A stretch of DNA of 32,000 nt. Origin: Xylanibacter ruminicola 23. GTDB lineage: Bacteria > Bacteroidota > Bacteroidia > Bacteroidales > Bacteroidaceae. Under the pieces are notes generated by a model. That model saw nothing but the letters and a program-made list of their open reading frames with translations, did no database searches and was not told the DNA's origin. Position 1 is the stretch's first letter. Each line of letters begins with the position of its first letter. The stretch covers positions 1,530,001-1,562,000 of the forward strand of contig NC_014033.1 of NCBI RefSeq assembly GCF_000025925.1, written 5' to 3'. A program made the translations under genes and the position numbers. This document shows, piece after piece, positions 15,586 through 23,466 of the stretch.

Positions 15586-16062
15586 TTACTGCTGCTCGTA
15601 TTCGGGCTTATCGTTCTTTTTGCCGTACTCGTAAACGTCCATCAACGTTGTCTCGGCTACCGACGAAACCACATAATCAATCATGGTACCGCCCATCACC
15701 TCGTCGATATTCTTCATGGCACCGTTCATCGAACCAGCCTGAACCAGGTAGTTAACGGTTGAACGCTTCTCCTTCTCAGTCTTCTCATCGATAGTGATGA
15801 ACTGGAGCTTAGCCTTGTACCACTTATCGGCAATGTTATCATCGGTAAAGAATACCTCTTTGTAAGCTGCTTTCTTTATATCGGCCACCTCGAACTCGCC
15901 GCTGATATACGACGACATCTCCTCGGTGACGCGAGTCTCGGCCTCGCTGAAACTCAGGGCGTCGACTACATAATTTTCGTTTACTTTCCTCTGCAAGCCG
16001 TCCTCGGTTACCTTCTCATAACGGATCTTGCATTCAAACCACGTTGCTGTTCTACTTCTCAT
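15586..16062 (-). CDS. Conserved hypothetical protein, DUF4494-like
   Basis: 158-aa ORF beginning WFECKIRYEKVTEDGLQRKVNENYVVDALSFSEAE. I recognise this from memory as the Bacteroidota DUF4494 family, not verified. Its start overlaps the upstream stop as ATGA (16059-16062). Confidence 0.55.
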   Translation of the reverse strand: MRSRTATWFECKIRYEKVTEDGLQRKVNENYVVDALSFSEAETRVTEEMSSYISGEFEVADIKKAAYKEVFFTDDNIADKWYKAKLQFITIDEKTEKEKRSTVNYLVQAGSMNGAMKNIDEVMGGTMIDYVVSSVAETTLMDVYEYGKKNDKPEYEQQ

Positions 16063-17348
16063 TTCTTTTCTGTTTTATTCTTTTTTATTCCCATATAATC
16101 TTTGTCCAGCGCCTCCATTTTCTTGGTGGTAAGCTGGTCGATAATCTCACTGGCAATGCGCTGCGAGCGCTCGTTACCCAGGCTGCTTTGCTTGGCAAGA
16201 TCCTGTTCGGCCTTGGCCAACTCCTGAGTCATACTACGGCTGCGCGCCATAAAATCCTTTTCCGAAAGGTTCATCTGCTTGTTGTTATAAACCTTCGATA
16301 GGATGCGGTCGGCCTCTTTGGTAAACTGCTTGCGGAATATCTGCTCGGCCTTGGCCTGATACTCCTTCATCTCCTTCTCGTCGATAGTGAGCGAATCCTT
16401 CATACGCATCTGCCTGGCCACGATATTGGCGATGGTAGCCGAATCGGCATCGGCACCCAAGCCGTAAAGCAGGTTCTCCTCGTCGAGCATATCATCGGGG
16501 ATAGGCTCCTCAACGGCCTTTACGTATTCTACGTCCTCGGGCTGGGGCAACATATAGAAATAGCTACCCACAATGGCCAGCGCAATAGCAACTGCAGCAA
16601 AACCCACCAAGGCTGTGCGGCGCATCTGCTTGCGACTGATGAGCGCATGGTAGAAATCGTGAACCGACTGATAACGGCGGTCGGGGTCCTCGGCTGTGGC
16701 CTTAGTGATAATCTGGCGCCACTCGAAAGGCAGACCGGCTGAGTGATACAGCCACACCACAAACTTGGCCATCGAGTACACATCGGCACGGGCATCAATC
16801 TCGCCACCAGCCAACACCTCGGGCGCTACGTAATCCTCAAGTCCGTCGTACAGTATCTCCTGATCCAACTTAGCATAGAACGAACCATGACAAAGCAGGC
16901 GGATGGTAGCATCGTTTTTGCGAGCCAGCACATTACAGGGGGCAAAACATACGTGATACACGCCCTGCTCGTTAAGCTGATGGGTGAGTTCTACCAGATC
17001 GCGCAACGTGTTGTTGGCAAAATCCTCGCGCGCCACAACAGCCGGATTCTCGTTCAGCAGCTGCTCGAAAGTAACAAAGTTACCCACCTCAACCGCTATG
17101 GCATAAACACCACCGTCGCCCTCGTTGGGCACAAAGTGCAACTGGTGCTTATCCTTTACCTTATCCATATCGGCAGCCTCGGTACGCACACAATTACTAA
17201 AGGCGACATGATCGGCCACCTCGTCGTGGAACTCCACGAAGTTAGAGTACTTTCCATCGATCAACCGCTTGTAGAAGTAACCGTAGGGAAGACGGACTTT
17301 CGTGGTTTTTCTAACGTCACGCGTTTCTAATAATTCCTCGAAATTCAT
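16059..17348 (-). CDS. Membrane-anchored protein with a degenerate protein-kinase-like domain (predicted pseudokinase) and a coiled-coil C-terminus
   Basis: I place the start at the ATG at 17346-17348 (MNFEELLE, 429 aa). The track's extension to 17588 runs through both divergent -7 boxes and into the aminotransferase CDS. C-lobe kinase motifs are present: YVAPEVL (APE), DVYSMAKFV (DxWSxG-like) and AEDPDRRYQS. The catalytic motifs are replaced: HRDLKPxN reads YHVCFAPCNV, DFG reads CHGSF, and VAIK reads YAIAVE. One TM follows (LVGFAAVAIALAIVGSYFYML), then a charged helical tail. Confidence 0.5.
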   Translation of the reverse strand: MNFEELLETRDVRKTTKVRLPYGYFYKRLIDGKYSNFVEFHDEVADHVAFSNCVRTEAADMDKVKDKHQLHFVPNEGDGGVYAIAVEVGNFVTFEQLLNENPAVVAREDFANNTLRDLVELTHQLNEQGVYHVCFAPCNVLARKNDATIRLLCHGSFYAKLDQEILYDGLEDYVAPEVLAGGEIDARADVYSMAKFVVWLYHSAGLPFEWRQIITKATAEDPDRRYQSVHDFYHALISRKQMRRTALVGFAAVAIALAIVGSYFYMLPQPEDVEYVKAVEEPIPDDMLDEENLLYGLGADADSATIANIVARQMRMKDSLTIDEKEMKEYQAKAEQIFRKQFTKEADRILSKVYNNKQMNLSEKDFMARSRSMTQELAKAEQDLAKQSSLGNERSQRIASEIIDQLTTKKMEALDKDYMGIKKNKTEKK

Positions 17349-17369
17349 CGTAAGCTCACAATTTTGCTG

Positions 17370-17377
17370 CAAAAGTA
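17370..17377 (-). promoter_or_regulatory. -7 box (TACTTTTG on the minus strand) for the pseudokinase/DUF4494/yggS operon
   Basis: The complement of caaaagta at 17370-17377 is TACTTTTG, 22 nt upstream of the ATG at 17348. Confidence 0.5.
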
Positions 17378-17419
17378 AACAAATAAATCGAAAAAAAGCA
17401 CGATTTAAAAATATTTTAG

Positions 17420-17427
17420 TAACTTTG
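17420..17427 (+). promoter_or_regulatory. -7 box TAACTTTG for the aminotransferase/permease operon
   Basis: TAACTTTG at 17420-17427 lies about 48 nt upstream of the ATG at 17476. Confidence 0.5.
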
Positions 17428-17475
17428 CACCGCAAAATAATGAAATAGTAAATTGTCAAATCGTAAAATAGAAAG

Positions 17476-18681
17476 ATGCCTGAGATATCAGTTCGCGGAC
17501 TAGAGATGCCCGAGTCGCCTATCAGAAAACTCGCCCCTCTCGCTGTAGCCGCTAAGAAAAGAGGTACCAAGGTGTACCATCTGAACATCGGTCAGCCTGA
17601 CCTGCCAACACCGCAAGTTGGACTCGACGCCCTGAAGCAGATAGATCGCAGTATCCTGGAGTATTCACCCTCGCAGGGTTATCAGAGCTATCGCGAAAAG
17701 TTGGTAGACTATTATGCTAAGTACAATATCAACGTAACAGCTGATGATATCATCATTACCAGTGGTGGTAGCGAGGCGGTGCTGTTTGCATTCCTGAGCT
17801 GCCTGAATCCTGGCGATGAGATTATCGTACCAGAGCCTGCTTACGCCAACTATATGGCCTTTGCCATTTCGGCAGGAGCCAAAATCCGCACTATTGCCAC
17901 TACCATCGAGGAGGGTTTCTCGCTCCCCAAGGTAGAGAAATTCGAGGAGCTGATTAATGAGCGCACACGCGCTATTATGATATGTAACCCCAACAACCCA
18001 ACGGGTTATCTGTACACACGCCGCGAAATGAACCAGATTCGTGACTTGGTGAAGAAGTACGATCTGTATCTCTTCTCCGACGAGGTGTATCGTGAGTACA
18101 TCTACACTGGCTCGCCTTATATTTCGGCTTGCCATCTGGAGGGTATCGAACAGAACGTGATCCTGATCGACTCAGTATCTAAGCGTTACTCAGAGTGTGG
18201 TATCCGTATCGGCGCCCTGATTACCAAGAACGCTGAGGTACGTAAGGCCGTAATGAAGTTCTGTCAGGCTCGCCTCTCTCCCCCACTCATCGGACAGATT
18301 GTGGCCGAGGCTTCGCTGGATGCCCCTGAGGAATACTATCGCGACGTGTACGACGAGTACGTTGAGCGCCGTAAGTGCCTGATCGACGGACTGAACCGCA
18401 TTCCTGGTGTTTACTCACCTATCCCTATGGGTGCTTTCTACACCGTAGCTAAGTTGCCTGTAGATGATGCCGAGAAGTTCTGCCGTTGGTGCCTGTCGGA
18501 GTTTGAGTACGAGGGCGAGACTGTGATGATGGCCCCAGCAGCCGGATTCTACACCACCCCAGGTGCAGGTATCAATCAGGTACGTATCGCCTACGTATTA
18601 CAGAAGAAAGACCTTGAGCGCGCACTTATCGTATTGCGCAAGGCACTCGAAGCTTACCCAGGACGAGTGGATGAGGACTAA
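17476..18681 (+). CDS. Class I/II pyridoxal-phosphate-dependent aminotransferase (aspartate/aromatic type)
   Basis: 401-aa ORF with typical fold-type I aminotransferase motifs: NIGQPDLPTP, SPSQGY, ICNPNNPTG, and SVSKRYSECGIRIGAL carrying the PLP lysine. Confidence 0.85.
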   Translation: MPEISVRGLEMPESPIRKLAPLAVAAKKRGTKVYHLNIGQPDLPTPQVGLDALKQIDRSILEYSPSQGYQSYREKLVDYYAKYNINVTADDIIITSGGSEAVLFAFLSCLNPGDEIIVPEPAYANYMAFAISAGAKIRTIATTIEEGFSLPKVEKFEELINERTRAIMICNPNNPTGYLYTRREMNQIRDLVKKYDLYLFSDEVYREYIYTGSPYISACHLEGIEQNVILIDSVSKRYSECGIRIGALITKNAEVRKAVMKFCQARLSPPLIGQIVAEASLDAPEEYYRDVYDEYVERRKCLIDGLNRIPGVYSPIPMGAFYTVAKLPVDDAEKFCRWCLSEFEYEGETVMMAPAAGFYTTPGAGINQVRIAYVLQKKDLERALIVLRKALEAYPGRVDED

Positions 18682-18683
18682 AA

Positions 18684-18706
18684 ATTGAAGGATTGAAGTT
18701 TTGAAT
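18684..18706. repeat. Short A-rich repeat ATTGAAG-G-ATTGAAG-T-TTTGAAT at an intercistronic junction
   Basis: The repeat lies between the aminotransferase stop (18679-18681) and the permease start. The last unit contains the TTG start at 18701. It is related, in coding-strand orientation, to the ATTAAAG/ATTGAAG units of arrays A and B. Confidence 0.7.
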
Positions 18707-19948
18707 TTTCCTCTATACATAGCCAAAAGAATATATAGCGATCAGGGCGACAAACGAAAAGTGAGTCGCCCAGCTATTCGTATAGCCACCATCGGCGTAG
18801 CTATCGGACTGGCTGTGATGATAGTAACGGTAAGCGTGGTACTTGGTTTTAAGCATACCATCCGCGACAAGGTGGTGGGCTTTGGCAGTCATATCCAGGT
18901 ACATAATATCATGAACTACAATGGTTCTGATCCTCACCCTATCTGCGCCAACGACAGCTTGATGAAGGCTGTTGGCAAGCTGCCAGGTGTGGCCAAAGCC
19001 GAACGCTTCAGCATGACGCAGGGTATCCTGAAAACCGACGAGGATTTCTTGGGAATAGCCATCAAAGGTATCGCCGAAGAATACGACACCACCTTTCTGA
19101 GTCAGCACCTTATAGCAGGAAACATCACTTCATTCAGCGATAAAACAAGCAAGTATAAATTACTGGTTTCCAAGATGATAGCAGACAAGATGCGCCTTAA
19201 GGTTGGCGACAAGGTATTTGGCTATTTCATCGATAATCAGGATGTTCGCACGCGTAAGTTCACCATCAGCGGCATTTACCAGACAAACATGACGCGCTTC
19301 GATGAGACGCTGTGTTTTACCGACCTGCATACCGCCAACAAACTGAACGGCTGGACCGATAATCAGGCTACTGGTATTGAGGTGCTGGTGAAGGATTTCG
19401 AGAAGGTGAACGAAACAGCCAACCAGTTTATCGACAACATTAACCGCACCAGCGACGAGCAGGGCAACTCGCTCACATCCGAGACCATTTACGAGTTGTA
19501 TCCACAGGTATTCTCGTGGTTGGAGCTGCTTGATATCAACGTATGGATTATCCTGGCACTGATGGTTTGCGTGGCAGGCTTCACAATGATTAGCGGTTTG
19601 CTCATCATCATTCTGGAGCGCACACAGATGATTGGTATCCTGAAGGCCTTAGGCGCCCGCAACAAGACTGTTCGCCACACGTTCCTGTGGTTCTCGGTAT
19701 TCATCATCGGTCAGGGATTGTTCTGGGGTAACATTGTGGGTATCGGCATCGTTCTGCTCCAAAAATACACAGGTTTTATCACCCTCGACCCACAAACCTA
19801 CTATGTGAGCGAGGCTCCCATGGAGCTGAATCTGCCATTGGTAGCACTCATCAACATAGCCACTTTGTTGATCTGTGTGTTTGTTCTGATAGCACCAAGT
19901 TACTTGATTTCGCACATTCATCCAGCGAAATCTATGAGATACGAGTAA
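18701..19948 (+). CDS. FtsX-family ABC transporter permease (LolC/LolE-like)
   Basis: 415-aa ORF. It has the LolE-type N-terminus NFPLYIAKRIYS...RPAIRIATIGVAIGLAVMIV, a large periplasmic loop, and a C-terminal FtsX 3-TM bundle (ERTQMIGILKALGA). It has a TTG start. The first ATG falls inside TM1. Confidence 0.75.
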   Translation: MNFPLYIAKRIYSDQGDKRKVSRPAIRIATIGVAIGLAVMIVTVSVVLGFKHTIRDKVVGFGSHIQVHNIMNYNGSDPHPICANDSLMKAVGKLPGVAKAERFSMTQGILKTDEDFLGIAIKGIAEEYDTTFLSQHLIAGNITSFSDKTSKYKLLVSKMIADKMRLKVGDKVFGYFIDNQDVRTRKFTISGIYQTNMTRFDETLCFTDLHTANKLNGWTDNQATGIEVLVKDFEKVNETANQFIDNINRTSDEQGNSLTSETIYELYPQVFSWLELLDINVWIILALMVCVAGFTMISGLLIIILERTQMIGILKALGARNKTVRHTFLWFSVFIIGQGLFWGNIVGIGIVLLQKYTGFITLDPQTYYVSEAPMELNLPLVALINIATLLICVFVLIAPSYLISHIHPAKSMRYE

Positions 19949-19973
19949 ATTTTTAAAAAATTGCACAAAAACA

Positions 19974-20005
19974 TTTGGTAGTGTGCAAAAAATGAATTAC
20001 CTTTG
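19974..20005 (+). promoter_or_regulatory. Bacteroidota-type promoter for the tandem AMP-ligase genes
   Basis: TTTG at 19974-19977, a 20-nt spacer, then TACCTTTG at 19998-20005. This lies 30 nt upstream of the ATG at 20035. Confidence 0.6.
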
Positions 20006-20034
20006 CACAAAATTTCAAAAATTGTGCAGTTTTA

Positions 20035-21693
20035 ATGAAAGAATTTAGCAGTTTTAATGCTTTAATACAGAAAGCGATTGTAGACAACTGGAATCAAGAT
20101 GCCCTAACTGATTATCAGGGCATCACGCTTCAGTATCACGACGTTGCACGCAAAATTGAGAAACTCCACATATTATTCGAGAACAGCGATGTAGTAAAGG
20201 GCGACAAGATTGCCATTTGCGGTCGCAACTCTGCCCATTGGGCTGTTGCGTTCTTAGCTACACTCACCTATGGTGCAGTTGCCGTACCCATCCTGCATGA
20301 GTTTAACGGCGAGCAGATTCAGAATATTGTGAATCACTCAGGCGCTCGTCTGCTGTTTGTAGGCGATTTTGCGGTTAAGACTATCGACGCTGAAGCCATG
20401 CCTGCTTTGGAGGCTATCTTTAACTTGCCCGATTTCTCGCTTCACGTATCGCGATCTGAGAAGATAACATACGCACGCGAACATCTTAATATGATGTTTG
20501 GTAGCAAGTTCCCCAAAGCATTCCGTGCCGAACATGTAAAATACCATGAGGATACGGCCGAAGAGTTGTCGATGATTAACTACACCAGCGGTACAACGGG
20601 CTTTTCGAAAGGCGTGATGCTGCCCTACCGCGCTATTTGGAGTAACGTAGAGTTTTGTTTGCGAGTACTTGGTCGCAACGTAAAGGCCGGCGACAACATG
20701 CTGAGCATTCTGCCTATGGCACACATGTATGGTATGACCGTTGAGTTCCTGTTCGGATTCTGCAACGGTTGCCATCTGTTCTTCCTTACTCGCCTGCCGA
20801 GTCCGGCTATCATTGCCGAGGCGTTTGCTACAGTAAAACCAGCATGTATCATTACCGTTCCGCTGATTATCGAGAAGATAATTCGTAAAAATGTATTCCC
20901 CAAGATACAGAACAACCGTATGCGACTGCTGCTTAACATGCCAGTAGTGAGCAAGAAGGTTAAGAACCGCATCTGCAAAGAGGTATATAACGCCTTTGGC
21001 GGCAACCTGTACGAGGTGATTGTAGGTGGAGCCCCACTCTCTAAGGAGGTTGAGGAGTTCCTGCTCTCAATCGGATTCCCCATCACAGTGGGTTATGGCA
21101 CTACCGAGTGCGCCCCACTGATTTCGTTCTCAGACTACCACGACTTTATAGGCGGTTCGGTTGGACAACCTGTCGACCGTATGGAGGTGAAGATTCTGAG
21201 TTCCGACCCACAGAACGTGGCTGGCGAGATTGTTACCAAGGGTACCAACATGATGTTAGGTTACTACCTGAACGAAGAGGACACACGCGAGGCTATCGAC
21301 GAAGAGGGTTGGTATCATACTGGCGACTTAGGCACCATGCTACCAAGCGGACACATCTTTATTCGCGGACGCTCGAAGAACATGCTGTTGGGCGCCAACG
21401 GACAGAACGTATATCCAGAAGAGATTGAGGACAAGTTGAACACGATGGCTATGGTTTCAGAGAGCATCGTGATTCAGCGTGGAGAGAAACTGGTGGCTTT
21501 GGTTCACCCTGATCAGGACGAGGTGGTAAGCTTCAGTCAGGAGGAATTGGAACACATCATGGAGCAGAACCGTCAGGAGCTTAACAACATGCTGCCTGTT
21601 TACAGCCGTATCTCGGCTATCGAACTGCATGAAGAGGAGTTCGCCAAGACACCAAAGAAGAGTATAAAACGCTACCTATATAAGAATAACTAA
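20035..21693 (+). CDS. AMP-dependent synthetase/ligase (long-chain acyl-CoA synthetase-like), paralogue 1
   Basis: 552-aa ORF with the AMP-binding motifs INYTSGTTGFSKGVML, GYGTTECAP, WYHTGDLG and GRSKNM. Confidence 0.8.
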   Translation: MKEFSSFNALIQKAIVDNWNQDALTDYQGITLQYHDVARKIEKLHILFENSDVVKGDKIAICGRNSAHWAVAFLATLTYGAVAVPILHEFNGEQIQNIVNHSGARLLFVGDFAVKTIDAEAMPALEAIFNLPDFSLHVSRSEKITYAREHLNMMFGSKFPKAFRAEHVKYHEDTAEELSMINYTSGTTGFSKGVMLPYRAIWSNVEFCLRVLGRNVKAGDNMLSILPMAHMYGMTVEFLFGFCNGCHLFFLTRLPSPAIIAEAFATVKPACIITVPLIIEKIIRKNVFPKIQNNRMRLLLNMPVVSKKVKNRICKEVYNAFGGNLYEVIVGGAPLSKEVEEFLLSIGFPITVGYGTTECAPLISFSDYHDFIGGSVGQPVDRMEVKILSSDPQNVAGEIVTKGTNMMLGYYLNEEDTREAIDEEGWYHTGDLGTMLPSGHIFIRGRSKNMLLGANGQNVYPEEIEDKLNTMAMVSESIVIQRGEKLVALVHPDQDEVVSFSQEELEHIMEQNRQELNNMLPVYSRISAIELHEEEFAKTPKKSIKRYLYKNN

Positions 21694-21699
21694 TAGCAT

Positions 21700-23361
21700 A
21701 TGGAACATATACCTAGTTTTAACGCTCTGATTCAAAAGAGCATCATTGATAATTGGGATCGCGACGCGCTGACCGATTTTAAGGGTCAGACGCTGCAGTT
21801 TCATGACGTAGCCAGAAAAATCGAAAAGTTGCATATCCTTTTCGAAAACAGCGGCATTCAGAAGGGCGATAAGATTGCCCTCTGCGGTCGCAATTCATCA
21901 CAATGGGCAGTGGCTTTCTTAGCCACACTTACCTACGGTGCTATTGCTGTGCCCATTCTGCACGAGTTTAATGCCGAGCAGGTACACAACATCGTGAACC
22001 ACTCTGAAGCCCGCCTGCTGTTTGTGGGCGACCATGTGGCTACCATCATCGATCCCCAAGCCATGCCAACACTCGAGGGTATCATCAACAACCCCGATTA
22101 CTCACTCATGATTTCGCGTACCGATAAATTAACCTATGCACGCGAGCATCTGAACGAGCTCTATGGTAAGAAGTTCCCCAAGTACTTCCGTAAGGAGCAC
22201 GTACACTATTATATGGAGGAGAGTCCTGAGGAGTTGGCCGTAATCAACTATACGAGCGGCACAACAGGTTTCTCGAAAGGTGTTATGCTACCCTATCGCG
22301 CACTCTGGTCGAACTTCGACTTTGCCGTGAGCGTATTGGGCAATACCATCAAGGCTGGCGATAAGGTTATCTCGATGTTACCAATGGCACACATGTATGG
22401 TATGGCATTCGAATTCATATTCGAGTTCCTGTACGGTTGTCATGTGTACTATCTGAACCGTGTACCTTCGCCCGCTATCATCGCACAGGCTCTGGCTGAG
22501 ATTCGTCCACGTATCGTCATCGCCGTACCTCTCATCATCGAGAAGATTATCCGCAAAAAGGTATTCCCAAAGATACAGAACAACCGTATGCGACTGCTAC
22601 TGCAGATGCCTGTAATCTCAAAGAAGGTTCGCGAGATGATCTGTCAGGAAGTGCTGAAGGCCTTTGGTGGCAACATGTACGAGGTAATCATTGGTGGTGC
22701 TGCCCTGAACCAGGAGGTAGAACGATTCCTGAAGCGTATCGACTTCCCCTACACCGTAGGTTATGGCGCTACCGAGTGTGCACCTATCATCTGTTATCGC
22801 GACTGGCATACCTTTGCCACAGGTTCGTGCGGACGTGCCGCTTTGCATCAGGAGGTAAAGATTGTATCACCCGACCCACAGCGTATTCCTGGTGAGATTC
22901 TTACCAAGGGTCCAAACGTGATGTTGGGATACTATAAGAACCCTGAGGCCACAGCCGAGACTATCGACCGCGATGGCTGGTACCACACTGGCGACCTTGG
23001 TACAATGGACGCCGATGGTAATGTGTTTATCAACGGACGCTCAAAGAACATGTTGTTGGGTCCTAACGGACAGAACATCTATCCAGAGGAAATCGAGGAC
23101 AAGCTGAACTCGATGACCATGGTGCTTGAGAGTGTGGTAGTACAGCGTGATAACAAACTGGTAGCTTTGGTTCACCCTGATATGGACGAGGCTAAGAATA
23201 TGGGCTTCTCAGAGGAGGATCTGAAGAACATCATGGAACAGAACCGCAACGGTTTGAACGAAATGATTCCTGCTTACGAGAAGATCTCTGAAATCGAAAT
23301 CCACGAAGAGGAATTCGAGAAGACACCAAAGAGAAGTATCAAACGCTACCTTTATAAATAA
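21700..23361 (+). CDS. AMP-dependent synthetase/ligase, paralogue 2
   Basis: 553-aa ORF, colinear with paralogue 1 and roughly two-thirds identical by eye. It carries the same motifs (INYTSGTTGFSKGVML, GYGATECAP, WYHTGDLG). A 6-nt gap separates it from paralogue 1. Confidence 0.8.
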   Translation: MEHIPSFNALIQKSIIDNWDRDALTDFKGQTLQFHDVARKIEKLHILFENSGIQKGDKIALCGRNSSQWAVAFLATLTYGAIAVPILHEFNAEQVHNIVNHSEARLLFVGDHVATIIDPQAMPTLEGIINNPDYSLMISRTDKLTYAREHLNELYGKKFPKYFRKEHVHYYMEESPEELAVINYTSGTTGFSKGVMLPYRALWSNFDFAVSVLGNTIKAGDKVISMLPMAHMYGMAFEFIFEFLYGCHVYYLNRVPSPAIIAQALAEIRPRIVIAVPLIIEKIIRKKVFPKIQNNRMRLLLQMPVISKKVREMICQEVLKAFGGNMYEVIIGGAALNQEVERFLKRIDFPYTVGYGATECAPIICYRDWHTFATGSCGRAALHQEVKIVSPDPQRIPGEILTKGPNVMLGYYKNPEATAETIDRDGWYHTGDLGTMDADGNVFINGRSKNMLLGPNGQNIYPEEIEDKLNSMTMVLESVVVQRDNKLVALVHPDMDEAKNMGFSEEDLKNIMEQNRNGLNEMIPAYEKISEIEIHEEEFEKTPKRSIKRYLYK

Positions 23362-23364
23362 TTA

Positions 23365-23461
23365 GGCACAGATTACACGGCTTTAATAAATTAAAAACAC
23401 GGCTTAGTTGCTAATACTAAAGCCGTGTTTCTTTATAAAAAGAGCCGTGTAAATCCGTGCC
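23365..23461. repeat. Intergenic palindromic repeat, copy 2; likely bidirectional terminator
   Basis: GGCACAGATTACACGGCTTTAATAAATTAAAAACACGGCTTAG...CTAAAGCCGTGTTTCTTTATAAAAAGAGCCGTGTAAATCCGTGCC is colinear with 5115-5213. The inner stem is AAACACGGCTT (23395-23405) / AAGCCGTGTTT (23420-23430). The element sits between the convergent stops at 23361 and 23467. Confidence 0.8.
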
Positions 23462-23466
23462 AAATA

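Noticed and set aside
17349-17588. N-terminal extensions of track ORFs: 16059-17588, and also 7714-9168, 27225-28373, 28444-29229 and 29886-31787.
   Set aside because: The extensions run through identifiable -33/-7 promoter boxes or into the neighbouring divergent gene. Family homology or the signal peptide begins at an internal ATG in every case, so shorter starts were called.
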